A stretch of 64,000 nt of DNA from Pirellulales bacterium (lineage in GTDB: Bacteria; Planctomycetota; Planctomycetia; Pirellulales; PALSA-1355): positions 7,098-71,097 of the forward strand of contig CAVTBU010000010.1 of NCBI GenBank assembly GCA_963733035.1, in the 5' to 3' direction. The translations under genes were made by a program, and so were the position numbers. The first letter of the stretch is position 1; each line of letters begins with the position of its first letter. Below are positions 8,375 to 18,276 of the stretch, in pieces. The notes beneath the pieces were generated by a model that saw only the letters and a list, made by a program, of their open reading frames with translations, did not search any database and had not been told where the DNA came from.

Positions 8375-10101
8375 ATGCGAAGTCGATTTGGGTTGGATGT
8401 GCGGATTTTGAAGCGGGTGGTTGGTGCGGCGGCGATTTCGCTGGTTTTGGTCTCGCCCGCATTGGCCGCCGACAAAGCGGCGCTGGCCAAGGACCTTGCG
8501 GCGCTAAAGAGCGGCGACGAAAAGTCGCGCGTGGCGGCGATTGATTCCCTTGGACAGTTGGGTCCCGAGGCGGCTTCGGCCACCGAAGCGCTGGCCGCGC
8601 AACTGACCGATGAGTCTCCGACGGTCCGGGCACATGCGGCGCATGCCTTGATGCAAATTGGTCCGGCCGCCGTCGGAGCAGCGCCAGCGCTGGCCAAGGC
8701 GATCAGCGATCCGGATTTTCACGTGCGCCGCATTTCGATTGCCGCGCTCGAAACGATTCATCCCGATCCGGCGGTCGTCGTCGAGGCGCTCGGCAAGGCG
8801 CTCGAAGACGCGGATCCCTCGGTGCGCGTCGCGGCGCTCGGCACGTTGACCGAATACAGCGACGCCGCGGTGCCCGTGCTGGGCAGAGCCCTCGAGAACA
8901 AAGACACACGCTATTGGGCCGCGTTGGCCCTCGGTGAACTTGGCCCCAGTGCCAAGGACGCCGTTCCCAGCCTGACGAAGGCTCTGGCCGATGAGCGGTC
9001 GGAAGTACGCCGAGAAGTGCTGATCGCGCGTACGCGCGGATCGGTGCCGATTCGGCTCCGGCGGTGTCGCAAATCGCGCCGCTATTGGAAAACAGCGACG
9101 AGTCGGTGGCCCATGCCGCTGGATTTGCCTTGGGCAGCATTGGGCCGGGCGCAGCCAGCGCCGCCGACGCCCTGCGCAAGGCGATGGACGGCAAGGACCA
9201 CTTGGAAGAATGTGTTAACTGCTGGGCCTTAGCGCGCATCGAGCCCCAGAACCAACAAGCACGCGAGCACGCGATCAAGATGCTGCTGGAAACAATCAAA
9301 GACAAGAACCCGCGCGTGCAAGGTGCCGCGATCCGGGGCCTGGTGGATTTGAAGGTGCCGCCGAAGCAACTCGTGCCGGCCCTGGCGTACGTTGTGCTCA
9401 ACGGCGAGGAGCCGGCCGTGGGCGAGGCGTTGGGCGCCTTGTCGGTGATGGGTGACGAGGCCGCCGAAGCGCTCGATGACGCACTCGCGCGACCGGAAGC
9501 CCGCGGCCGCGCTGCGCTGCTGATTACCTACCTGGGACCGACGGCCAAGGCCACGGTGCCCGCCCTGATCAAAGCGCTGGACGACAAGGACCCGGACGTG
9601 CGTCGCGAAGTGCTCTTCGCGCTGGCGGCAATCGGGCCGGACGCCGCGCCGGCGACCGACGCCGTGCTCGAGGAATTCGCCGACCCGAACGTTCCCAATC
9701 GTGCGGTGGCGGCCTTCGCGCTGGGCAAGATCGGTCCGGCGGCCAAGGCGGCACTTCCTAAGCTGCAGGAAGAATTGCGCTCGGAGGATCAATTGGTGCG
9801 GGTCGCCAGCGCGTTTGCCTTGGTGAACGTCGCACCGAATAGTGAACCGATTGTGACGATGGCCATTCCTGTGCTCGTGCACGGTTTGGACAGCTCGGTA
9901 GCGGCGGCCCGTCGGGGCGCGGCCGAAGCGTTGGGCAAGATCGGCAAGCCGGCACGCGCGGCCGCCGAGGGGGCCCTGCAAGCGGCCACGCTCGATCCCG
10001 ATGAGACGGTCCGGCGCGAAGCGCTACGGGCTTTGGAGAGTATGGGAGCCGTGGTCGACTCGGTACCACAGCCACGCCGCCCCATATTGCAGAAGCGCTA
10101 G
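8375..10101 (+). pseudogene. secreted HEAT-repeat (PBS-lyase HEAT-like) protein, interrupted by one apparent frameshift near 9026-9040
   Basis: Signal peptide MRSRFGLDVRILKRVVGAAAISLVLVSPALA. Repeated units follow (D..VR..AA.ALG.IGP.A..A.P.L...L). Frame 2 loses the repeat pattern after ...ERSEVRREVLIA. Frame 1 continues AYARIGADSAPAVSQIAPLLENSDESVAHAAGFALG... to the stop at 10101. Confidence 0.75.
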
Positions 10102-10253
10102 GCTACCGGCAGCGCGCACCCCGCAAAACCGGCGGCGATTGCCGCCAAGTGCGACTTCCTGCGCATTTCGGATTTCGTTACGCGGAGGGGCTTTGCCCCA
10201 TCGTCTATACTTAAGGGTACGCATCGGCGTCCCTTTTGCCCCTACGGCCAATC

Positions 10254-13200
10254 ATGGCATCGCACGGCCCGCCAACCATCGAGACCCCCGAGCCCCCGTC
10301 GGGGAGCGGCGCGAAATTCGTTGAATACAACGAGTTCATCGAGGCTCAACTCCGCAAGACCCGCAGCCACGTGCGCGGCGTGGATATCTCGGCCGGGCTG
10401 ATGGCGCTGGTGGCCGGAAGCGTGGCCTACTTCTTCCTGGCCGCCATGATCGATCATTGGCTCGTTCGCGGCGGGTTGGGCTTTTGGGGACGGCTGCTGC
10501 TGCTGGTGGGCTATTTGGGCGCGGCTGGCTGGTGGATCGCAACACAGCTTCTACCGCTGCTCGTCAAGCGAATCAATCCGCTGTATGCGGCTTACACGAT
10601 CGAGCACAGCCGCCCGTCGCTCAAGAACTCACTACTCAACTTCCTGCTGTTCCGGGCCGATCCGGCGGGCGTGCACCAACGCGTGTTCGAGGCGATTGAA
10701 GAACAGGCGGCCACGAACCTGGCGGGCGTGGAGGTCGAGTCGGCCGTCGATCGCACGCGATTGATCCGCCTGGGATACGTGCTTGTGGCGATCGTCGCGC
10801 TGTGCGCGGTGTATGCACTCGTTTCACCCAAGAATCTGTTTCAAACGGTCGGCCGCGTGGTGATGCCCTGGGCCGATATCACTCCGCCCACAAGCACCAC
10901 GATCGACGAGATCGAGCCCGGATTCGCTCAGGCGTTCCGCGGTCAGCGGGTGACGATCAAGGCACGCGTGCAGGGTTTGCCCGCTGACCAGCCGGTGGTG
11001 CTCTACTACACAACGGCGGATCGGCAGATCGTCGATCGGACCGTGGCGATGACCCGGCCGGCTGGCGATTATCGTTATGCCGCCGCGTTGCCGGCCGGCG
11101 ACGCCGCATTGCAGCAAAGTCTGACGTACCGAATTGAAGCCGGTGATGCTCGCACGCGCGAGTATGCGATCGACGTGGTGGCGGCTCCCACGATCGTGGT
11201 GCGGGCTGTCGAGTACAAATACCCCGAGTACACCGGGTTGCTTGCCCAACGGATCGAGAATCAGGGAGACCTGAAGGCGATCGAAGGCACCGAGGTAACG
11301 ATCGAGGCGCTGGCGAATCAACAGATCGCCGCGGCTTACGTTGACTTCGACTGCAATGACACGTTCGACCTGCCACTGCGCGGCGCGGACACGCATGCCA
11401 AGGGGAGCTTCCGGTTGTCGTTGGCCGACGACCGCGAAGGACCCTCGCACGAAAGTTATCAGCTCGTTTTCAAGAACACCGAGGGGCAGCGGAATCCGCA
11501 GCCCGTCAAACATGAAATCGAAGTGACCCGCGATCTGGCGCCGGAAGTGCAATTCGTGGCGCCGAGCCGCGAGGAGATCGAACTGCCGCTCGACGCGGCG
11601 GTCGATCTGGAAGTGGTGGCCGTCGACCCGGACTTCGCGCTCTCCAGCGTTAAGCTGGCGGCCAGTAAGGGGACCGAGACGGTTGTCGACGAGAAGCTAC
11701 TCGATGAAACGTGGCGCGGCCAGTTCGTGAAGAAGTATCGTTTTCAGCCCGGCCGGTTGAATCTGGCGGTGGGCGACACGGTCGAGTACCGCGCCATGGC
11801 CGTGGACAACAAGTCGCCGCGGCCGAACCAGACGGAAACCTCCCGGCGGCGGATTCGCATCGTCGCGGCCACCGGCCGCTCGACAGGGGATCCGTTGGCC
11901 CGCGGTAATTCCCCCGACGATCCGCGCCGACAGGGAGACGCACAACAACCCGGCGGCGACGACGCGCATCCGCGCAGTGCCGATCCCGCCGAACCGGATC
12001 ATGCCGCGCAGGGCCAAGCCGGCGACGAGCGTTCGTCCGACAACTCGGGTGCGACCGAGCGGAAGCCCGGCGAAGAGCGCGGTGGAAACGCCGAGGAAGG
12101 CGAACAGGGGTCCGATTCGTCGGCGTCCAAAGCCGGGAGCGAAGGGAACTCGCAGTCGGGCGACGGAAAGCAGGGTGAACAGAATGCTGGCGAGTCGGGC
12201 AAAGGGCAAGACGGCGCCGGACAATCGGGCAGTAAACAATCCGGCGGCGAAAAGTCCGGGCAGCAGCAGTCGGGCGAAAAGCAGGCGGACGGAAAACCGT
12301 CGAGCGACGGGCAAACCGGCGCGAGCGACTCGGGCGACCAGCAGCAAAGCGTGCCGAGCGACGGGACCAATGACGGCGAAGCCTTCGAACGGATTCTGAA
12401 GCATCGCGACCAACAGGAGGAATCGAGCGCGGACAATCAACAGGGCCGCGATGGCCAAGCGGGCGACAAGCAACAATCGGGCGAACAGCAGCGCTCGGGC
12501 GATCAGCAAAACGGCCAGCCGGCTGGCGAGCAAAAGGGTGATCAGCAAGGCGGTGACGATCGATCCGCGCGAGCCAGGCAAGCAGTCGTCCGGAAAGCAA
12601 CAAGACGAGCAGGGACAACAAGGAAAGCCGGCGGACCCGTCGCAACAGAACGGCAAACAACAGGGTGGAAAAGACCAAGGCGGTCAAGGACAGAATCAGC
12701 CCGGCGATCAGCGATCCCAATCCGGTGAACAGTCTGGAGGCCAATCGCAGCCCGGCGAGAAGTCGCAGCAAGGGGAAGGTCAGCAACAAGACGAACAAGC
12801 CGGCGGCGACTCGCCGTCGAGCGACGAGCAGGGGCAAAGCAGTACGGACGGCCAGCAAGGCAAACGGTCGCAGGGCGAGAAGTCCGGCGCCAGCGAGCGT
12901 CAACGGGGTGAAGGCACGAGCCAGGATCAGCAGGCCGGCAAGCCGTCTGGCGAACAAAAGCCTGGCGAGCAGGGCGAAAAGCCCAACTCGCGCGAGGGTG
13001 CCACGCAGGACAACAATACGCGCGAGGACGGCACACCGCAGAATTCCGACACGAAGGGGCAGGGGGCCCAGTCGAAAGACGATCCCACGCGCAGCGGCGA
13101 TCAAAAGGCGCCGCAGTCCGACGAGCAGCGACCCGATGCCAAGGGGGGCGATGGCCAGCAGGAGAAAGGCAACTCCGGCGCCGGGCAAAAATCGAACGAA

Positions 13201-14146
13201 AATCAAGGTTCGCCGCAGCCGCAGGAATCGAATCAGCCGCGCGAGAAATCCAAGCAGCCGAGCGGCGGTGAGCAGCAGTCCTCGCGCGAAAACGAGGAGC
13301 AGTCGCCCTCGAACAGCAAGCGCGAGTCGGACAGCGAAGGGGAATCCGACGGCGATCGATCGGGAGGCGGAAAGCGGGGCGGCGGACAAAAGTCGAACCA
13401 GTCGGGGACCGGCGGCGCCGGACAAAACACCGCGTCTGACGAAGGGGCTGGCCAGTCGGAGCAGTCGGGCGACGGTGAAACGTCGGACCGCGCCGGCGAC
13501 GACCGCCAGGCAGACGGCAAGACCGGCAAGCGTGGTTCGCAGCAGGGCCCGGGTTCCAAGCAACAATCTGGCGGCGGTAAGAACCAGCAGCCCGGCGGCG
13601 ACTCGGCTTCCAAAGGACAAAGCAGTGAAAAGTCACCCGACGCGGCGAGCAAATCGGACGGCGGTTCGGGCGGCGCCGAGGGGGGCGACCGTGCGACTGG
13701 CAAGCCGAAAAATCCGAACACCGCATCGGAGCAGCCGTGGAAGCCCGGCGTCGATTCGGCCGACGAAGCCAATCTGGAGTACACGCGCAAGGCCACCGAC
13801 TTGGCGCTTGAGCACCTCAAGCACGAATTGAACAAGGACGAGCCCGATCCGCAACTGCTCGACCAGCTGGGTTGGACGCGGCAACAAGCCGAAGATTTCG
13901 TCAAGCGTTGGGAAGCGATGCGAAAGAATGCCCCCAGGACGGACACTGCGCGGCGGCAGCCGACGGCAACTGGACGAAACGCTGCGTAGCCTCGGGCTGC
14001 GTCCGCGCGGCTCGAAACTGGGGAGCAACGCCGCGCGCGACGATCGTTCGCAGGGCTATCAGGAGTCGCATCGCACGACGCCCCCGCCGGAGTATTCGGA
14101 AGCTTTCAAGGCCTATACCCAAGGGACATCCCGCGGGGGCAAATAG
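10254..14146 (+). pseudogene. large membrane-anchored protein with ~600-aa Gln/Gly/Ser/Asp/Glu-rich low-complexity region (DUF4175-like architecture); two apparent frameshifts (about 12555-12572 and 13935-13965)
   Basis: N-terminus has 2-3 TM helices (LMALVAGSVAYFFLAAMI, LLLLVGYLGAAGWWIATQLLPLL), followed by a folded ~400-aa region and then the low-complexity tract. Coding moves from frame 0 (10236..12728) to frame 1 (12451..13989) to frame 2 (13928..14146). Composition is identical on both sides of each junction. The DUF4175 assignment is from memory of the family architecture, not a search. Confidence 0.6.
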
Positions 14147-14159
14147 CGTCTTTGAGAAG

Positions 14160-14187
14160 GCGGCCAACAGCACGATGGCCGCTTGTT
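14160..14187. terminator. hairpin GCGGCCA-N9-TGGCCGC followed by TTGTT
   Basis: 7-bp GC-rich stem 14 nt after the stop at 14146, lying between convergent genes. Confidence 0.4.
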
Positions 14188-14236
14188 CCTCGCGCACGTG
14201 ACCGAAACCGTCGCGTCGCTCGTTGCGGTCAGCCTT

Positions 14237-15100
14237 CTAAATGATTGCCGTTGCCTCGGCGGACCCAAATTGGCTTTTGTGGCGTCGCAGGTGCCAAACG
14301 GCCACGCCGAGCAGCGCCGCGGTCGCCAGCGCGAAGCCAGAGGGTTCGGGAATGGGCGTTGTGTCGAACTCCATGCCGTACCAGGAACCTTGCAAGGCGT
14401 ACGGCACCGACTGCAGCGGAGTGCCGCTCTGGCTGAACTGGTGCAGTGTAAACGTACTGTCACCCATCCACAGCGTGCCATCGACCGGGTCGAGCGCCAG
14501 GCCAACGCTGCCAAGTACGCCCGAATTGAAGCTACCCAGCAGGGTTCCGGTGGAAGTGAAATGCGCGACCAGGTCGGGTCCGCCCCATTGCGAGATCCAA
14601 AAACTCCCGTCGCTGGCGTTCATCGTAATCCAACCGGCATCGGGCAGGTCGGCGGTGGCGTTGAACAGCACGACCGGGTTGGCCCAATTGCGATCGAACT
14701 GAAGCACATCGCCGGTCGAGTAGTTTACGCTGTAGTTGAAGTTTCCGTCGGACGTTCCGTCGTGCAGTTGCGAGCCGACGATGTTGTTTACGTATGGTCC
14801 GCCGGCCACCGGCGTCGCGAGTAGGTCGAACTTTTCCCCCTGGTCCGTGTCGGAGTAGCCCATGGTGCGAACATCACCATAGACGGCAATGTCGATGCCC
14901 AGCGGGCTACTGGTGGGATAGGAACTGGCCGAGGCGCCTTGGATCAGGTCGAGACCCGTCACCGTGCCCCCACCGAGTTCCAGGTAGTTCGTGATGTAAA
15001 GCGTGCTCGTCGGTCCGATGGCCAGCGCCGGGGATGTGAGCGCGGCGACCAGAATGGTGGAGAGAAACCGGATATGCCTGGGCCTGGTCATGAAGCGCAC
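14237..15100 (-). CDS. PEP-CTERM sorting-domain protein
   Basis: Signal peptide at the N-terminus. The C-terminus PIPEPSGFALATAALLGVAVWHLRRHK shows the PEP motif, a TM helix and a basic cluster. Confidence 0.8.
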   Translation of the reverse strand: MRFMTRPRHIRFLSTILVAALTSPALAIGPTSTLYITNYLELGGGTVTGLDLIQGASASSYPTSSPLGIDIAVYGDVRTMGYSDTDQGEKFDLLATPVAGGPYVNNIVGSQLHDGTSDGNFNYSVNYSTGDVLQFDRNWANPVVLFNATADLPDAGWITMNASDGSFWISQWGGPDLVAHFTSTGTLLGSFNSGVLGSVGLALDPVDGTLWMGDSTFTLHQFSQSGTPLQSVPYALQGSWYGMEFDTTPIPEPSGFALATAALLGVAVWHLRRHKSQFGSAEATAII

Positions 15101-15321
15101 TCCTTAAACAGTAAATGCCCATTGGATTGTGAAGCCGCCGACTCGGTTGTGCTCGGGAGCGACGACGACGGCATTTTGACTGACCTCAAAGTGAAATACA
15201 AATCGTTCACAATTGATTAACTGGCGGCGCGAATAGCTTGGGTGTGAGCGCCGCGTTAGGATAGGCTTTTCACCAGGCCCCCCCACTGAATTCGCCGCTC
15301 CGAACAAGTCGCGGAATCTCC

Positions 15322-16932
15322 ATGCTCGAACGCACGCCCCGCTATCTGGTCCCTTTTCATCCCAAGCGCGGGCCGCATCGGTTTGCCGACGTGCTCGTGA
15401 TCGGAGGCGGTTTGGCCGGGTTGCGGGCGGCGCTGGCCGTGCCGCCGGAGCTTTCCGTGTTGGTCATTACCAAGGGAGGGCTGCGGCAATCGAACAGCAA
15501 CTATGCCCAGGGGGGCATCGCCGGGGTGATCGACCCGGAGGATCGTTTTGAGGATCACATTGCCGACACGTTGCGAGTTGGGGGCAACTTGTGCGATCCG
15601 GAGGTGGTCGAGTTCGTGGTGCGCGAAGCGCCGGCGCGGATCAAAGAGTTGATCGAGTGGGGCACGAACTTCGATCAGGAGCGCGGAGCGCTAGCACTGG
15701 GGCGCGAGGGGGGCCATAGCCACCATCGCATCGTCCACGCGCTGGGGGACGCCACGGGCAAGGAGGTGATGCGGGCGGTCATCGATCGCACGCTCGCGGC
15801 GCCGAACGTCGACGTTTGGGAGCATGCCTTCACGCTCGACCTGTTGACGCACGACGGCCGCTGCCGCGGCGCACTCGTATGGACCGAGGCCGAGGGACCG
15901 TCGCTGGTCTGGGCCAAGCAAACGATTTTGTGTACCGGCGGCATCGGGCAGATCTATCGCGAGACGACGAATCCCGAGGTGGCCACCGGCGACGGGCTGG
16001 CCATTGCCTATCGGGCCGGCGCCGAACTGCGCGACATGGAGTTCATGCAATTTCATCCCACCGTCCTCTATATCGCCGGCAGCAGCCGCAGCTTGATCAC
16101 CGAGGCGATGCGGGGCGAGGGAGCGCGGCTGGTGGATCGCAACGGCCATGCCTTCATGTCCGACTTTGACGAGCGGGGCGAACTGGCCCCGCGCGACGTG
16201 GTGAGCCGGGCAATCGTGACGCAGATGGAACGGACGCGGCATCCGAGCGTGTATCTCGACCTCACGCATCTGGACGCCGAAAAGGTGCGTGCCCGGTTCC
16301 CCGGCATCGCGGCCACCTGCGCGGAGTTCGCGCTCGACATCACGCAGGATTGGATTCCGGTGCGGCCCGGGGCGCATTACATGATTGGCGGGGTGAGCGT
16401 TGACATGCAGGGGCGAACGACGCTTCCGGGGCTGTGGGCGGCCGGCGAATGCACGTCCAGCGGATTGCACGGCGCGAATCGGTTGGCTTCGAACAGTCTG
16501 CTCGAAGGCCTGGTGTTTGGGGCCTACGCTGGCGAGGCAGCGGCCCGGTTGGCCGCCGAAACGCCCGACGACTTCAAGGCGCTGCCGCTCTCGAACGCCA
16601 AGGTGGAAAACGGCGCCGAGCTGTTGGACCTGGCCGACATTCGCAATTCGCTCAAAAGTGTCGTGTGGCGCGGCGCAGGCGTGCGCCGCCAGAAGGAAAC
16701 GCTGCTGGAGGCGGCGGAAAACGTCGACCGCTGGTGCGAGTACGTGCTGCCGCGGCAGTTTCACGACACGCATGGCTGGGAACTGCAAAACATGCTGACC
16801 GTGGCCCGCGTGGTGATCGAAGCGGCGCTCGAGCGTGAAGAGACCCGCGGCGTTCACTACCGCACGGATTTCCCCGAGACGGACGATGCGCACTGGCGGC
16901 GGCGGATTTCGTTTCGGCGGGCGCGGGGATGA
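15322..16932 (+). CDS. nadB: L-aspartate oxidase
   Basis: 536 aa. FAD fold DVLVIGGGLAGLRAAL, SNSNYAQGGIAGV, HPTVL, RGEGARL and the succinate-dehydrogenase/fumarate-reductase-type C-terminal helical domain ending EETRGVHYRTDFPE. Confidence 0.9.
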   Translation: MLERTPRYLVPFHPKRGPHRFADVLVIGGGLAGLRAALAVPPELSVLVITKGGLRQSNSNYAQGGIAGVIDPEDRFEDHIADTLRVGGNLCDPEVVEFVVREAPARIKELIEWGTNFDQERGALALGREGGHSHHRIVHALGDATGKEVMRAVIDRTLAAPNVDVWEHAFTLDLLTHDGRCRGALVWTEAEGPSLVWAKQTILCTGGIGQIYRETTNPEVATGDGLAIAYRAGAELRDMEFMQFHPTVLYIAGSSRSLITEAMRGEGARLVDRNGHAFMSDFDERGELAPRDVVSRAIVTQMERTRHPSVYLDLTHLDAEKVRARFPGIAATCAEFALDITQDWIPVRPGAHYMIGGVSVDMQGRTTLPGLWAAGECTSSGLHGANRLASNSLLEGLVFGAYAGEAAARLAAETPDDFKALPLSNAKVENGAELLDLADIRNSLKSVVWRGAGVRRQKETLLEAAENVDRWCEYVLPRQFHDTHGWELQNMLTVARVVIEAALEREETRGVHYRTDFPETDDAHWRRRISFRRARG

Positions 16933-17396
16933 CGGGCGCATACCCCGCAAATCCGTGATCCGTGCGGTGGTTTGTTGTGGGTTATCGGCGTATCACGCCG
17001 CGGCGTTGGTCTCGTCGCCAATGCTCGGATATCGGCTGCGGCGGGTGCGGTTGCCGGCCGGCGGCAGGCCCACGGTCGACTCGCCGGCGGTCGAATCGGC
17101 GACAGGCTAGCGGCCGGGCGCGGGGCGACCGGTTCAACTGTTTCGCTCGGCAGCGTCGGACGGCCAAAAATGGCTGGCCGGTCCGATCCAAAACCTTGCT
17201 GGCTGCGTAGTCTGGACAGGGAAGCTACGTTCGTAGTACCCTCTAGAGCGCTTTGAAGGGCAGATTTTCGCCCCCCGGCCGGGCCACGGGCTCGCCGCGG
17301 TCCCGCGGTACTAGCGAGTGTTGCGGGAGTTTCCGATAGTTCGGCCAGGAAACGAGTGCTGTATTTCCCTCAGTTTGAATGCGGAGTAGTCCATCC

Positions 17397-18149
17397 ATGA
17401 ATCAGCAGCCCGCGCAGGATCAGCAAGGCCCGCCCATGGTCGAGGCCGTGGGGCTGTCGAAGTACTACGGCGATTTTGCCGCCATCGACGACGTCTCGTT
17501 TACCGTTCCCCAGGGACAGGTCGTGGCCTTCCTGGGGCCCAACGGCGCCGGTAAGAGCACCACGATGAAGTTGCTCACCGGGTACCTGGCTCCCAGCCGG
17601 GGCGTGGCCCGGATCGCCGGACACGACATGGCCACCGATCGATTGGCCGGCTCGGCGAAGCTGGGCTATCTGCCGGAGAACGGTCCGCTGTATCCCGACA
17701 TGACGCCCCGCACTCTGCTCGAATTTTTTGCCGACGCCCGCGGCATGACTCCGCAGCGCAAACGGCAGCGGATCGATGCGGTGGTTGAGCTGTGCGACTT
17801 GGGGTCGGTAATCGGCAAGGCGATCTCGAAGCTCTCCAAGGGATATCGTCAGCGGGTGGGCATGGCCCAGGCCCTGCTGCACGAGCCCGACGTGCTGATT
17901 CTGGACGAACCGACCGCGGGATTGGACCCAAACCAGATTCGCGACGTCCGCAAGACGATTCGCACGTTGGGCGAAAACAAAACCATTCTGCTCTCCACCC
18001 ACATTCTGCAAGAGGTCGACGCGATTGCCAGCCGCGTGCTGTTCATCAACGAAGGCCGGCTGGTGTACGACGGACCGGTGTCCGGATTGACCAGCACGGG
18101 CCAGTCGCTCGACGACCGCTTCCACGAGCTAACCGCCCACGGGGCCTAG
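17397..18149 (+). CDS. ABC transporter ATP-binding protein (ABC-2/GldA-like)
   Basis: Walker A GPNGAGKST, signature LSKGYRQR, Walker B ILILDEP. GGAG lies 11 nt before the ATG at 17397. An in-frame ATG at 17379 is an alternative start. Confidence 0.85.
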   Translation: MNQQPAQDQQGPPMVEAVGLSKYYGDFAAIDDVSFTVPQGQVVAFLGPNGAGKSTTMKLLTGYLAPSRGVARIAGHDMATDRLAGSAKLGYLPENGPLYPDMTPRTLLEFFADARGMTPQRKRQRIDAVVELCDLGSVIGKAISKLSKGYRQRVGMAQALLHEPDVLILDEPTAGLDPNQIRDVRKTIRTLGENKTILLSTHILQEVDAIASRVLFINEGRLVYDGPVSGLTSTGQSLDDRFHELTAHGA

Positions 18150-18276
18150 AAACATCGAGCCGCCGCCGGATGACGCGGCGGCTCGGCCAAAAACAACTGC
18201 ATTTGCCCCAGCCGCACGAGCGGCCGGCAGACGCGACCAACCGAAAACTCCAGATTCAGGAACTCGGATAGAAGCC

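Noticed and set aside
11650-13620. 656-aa ORF on the minus strand, the longest uninterrupted ORF in this region
   Set aside because: It is the mirror image of the G/Q/S/E-rich coding strand. Its translation is almost only Arg/Leu/Ala/Pro with no start context. The plus strand carries the recognisable membrane anchor and conserved termini.
11880-13700. Repetitive-looking DNA, considered as a CRISPR array or tandem-repeat locus
   Set aside because: There are no exact direct repeats with unique spacers. The periodicity is codon-level (GGC/CAG/AGC/GAC/GAA) low-complexity coding sequence.
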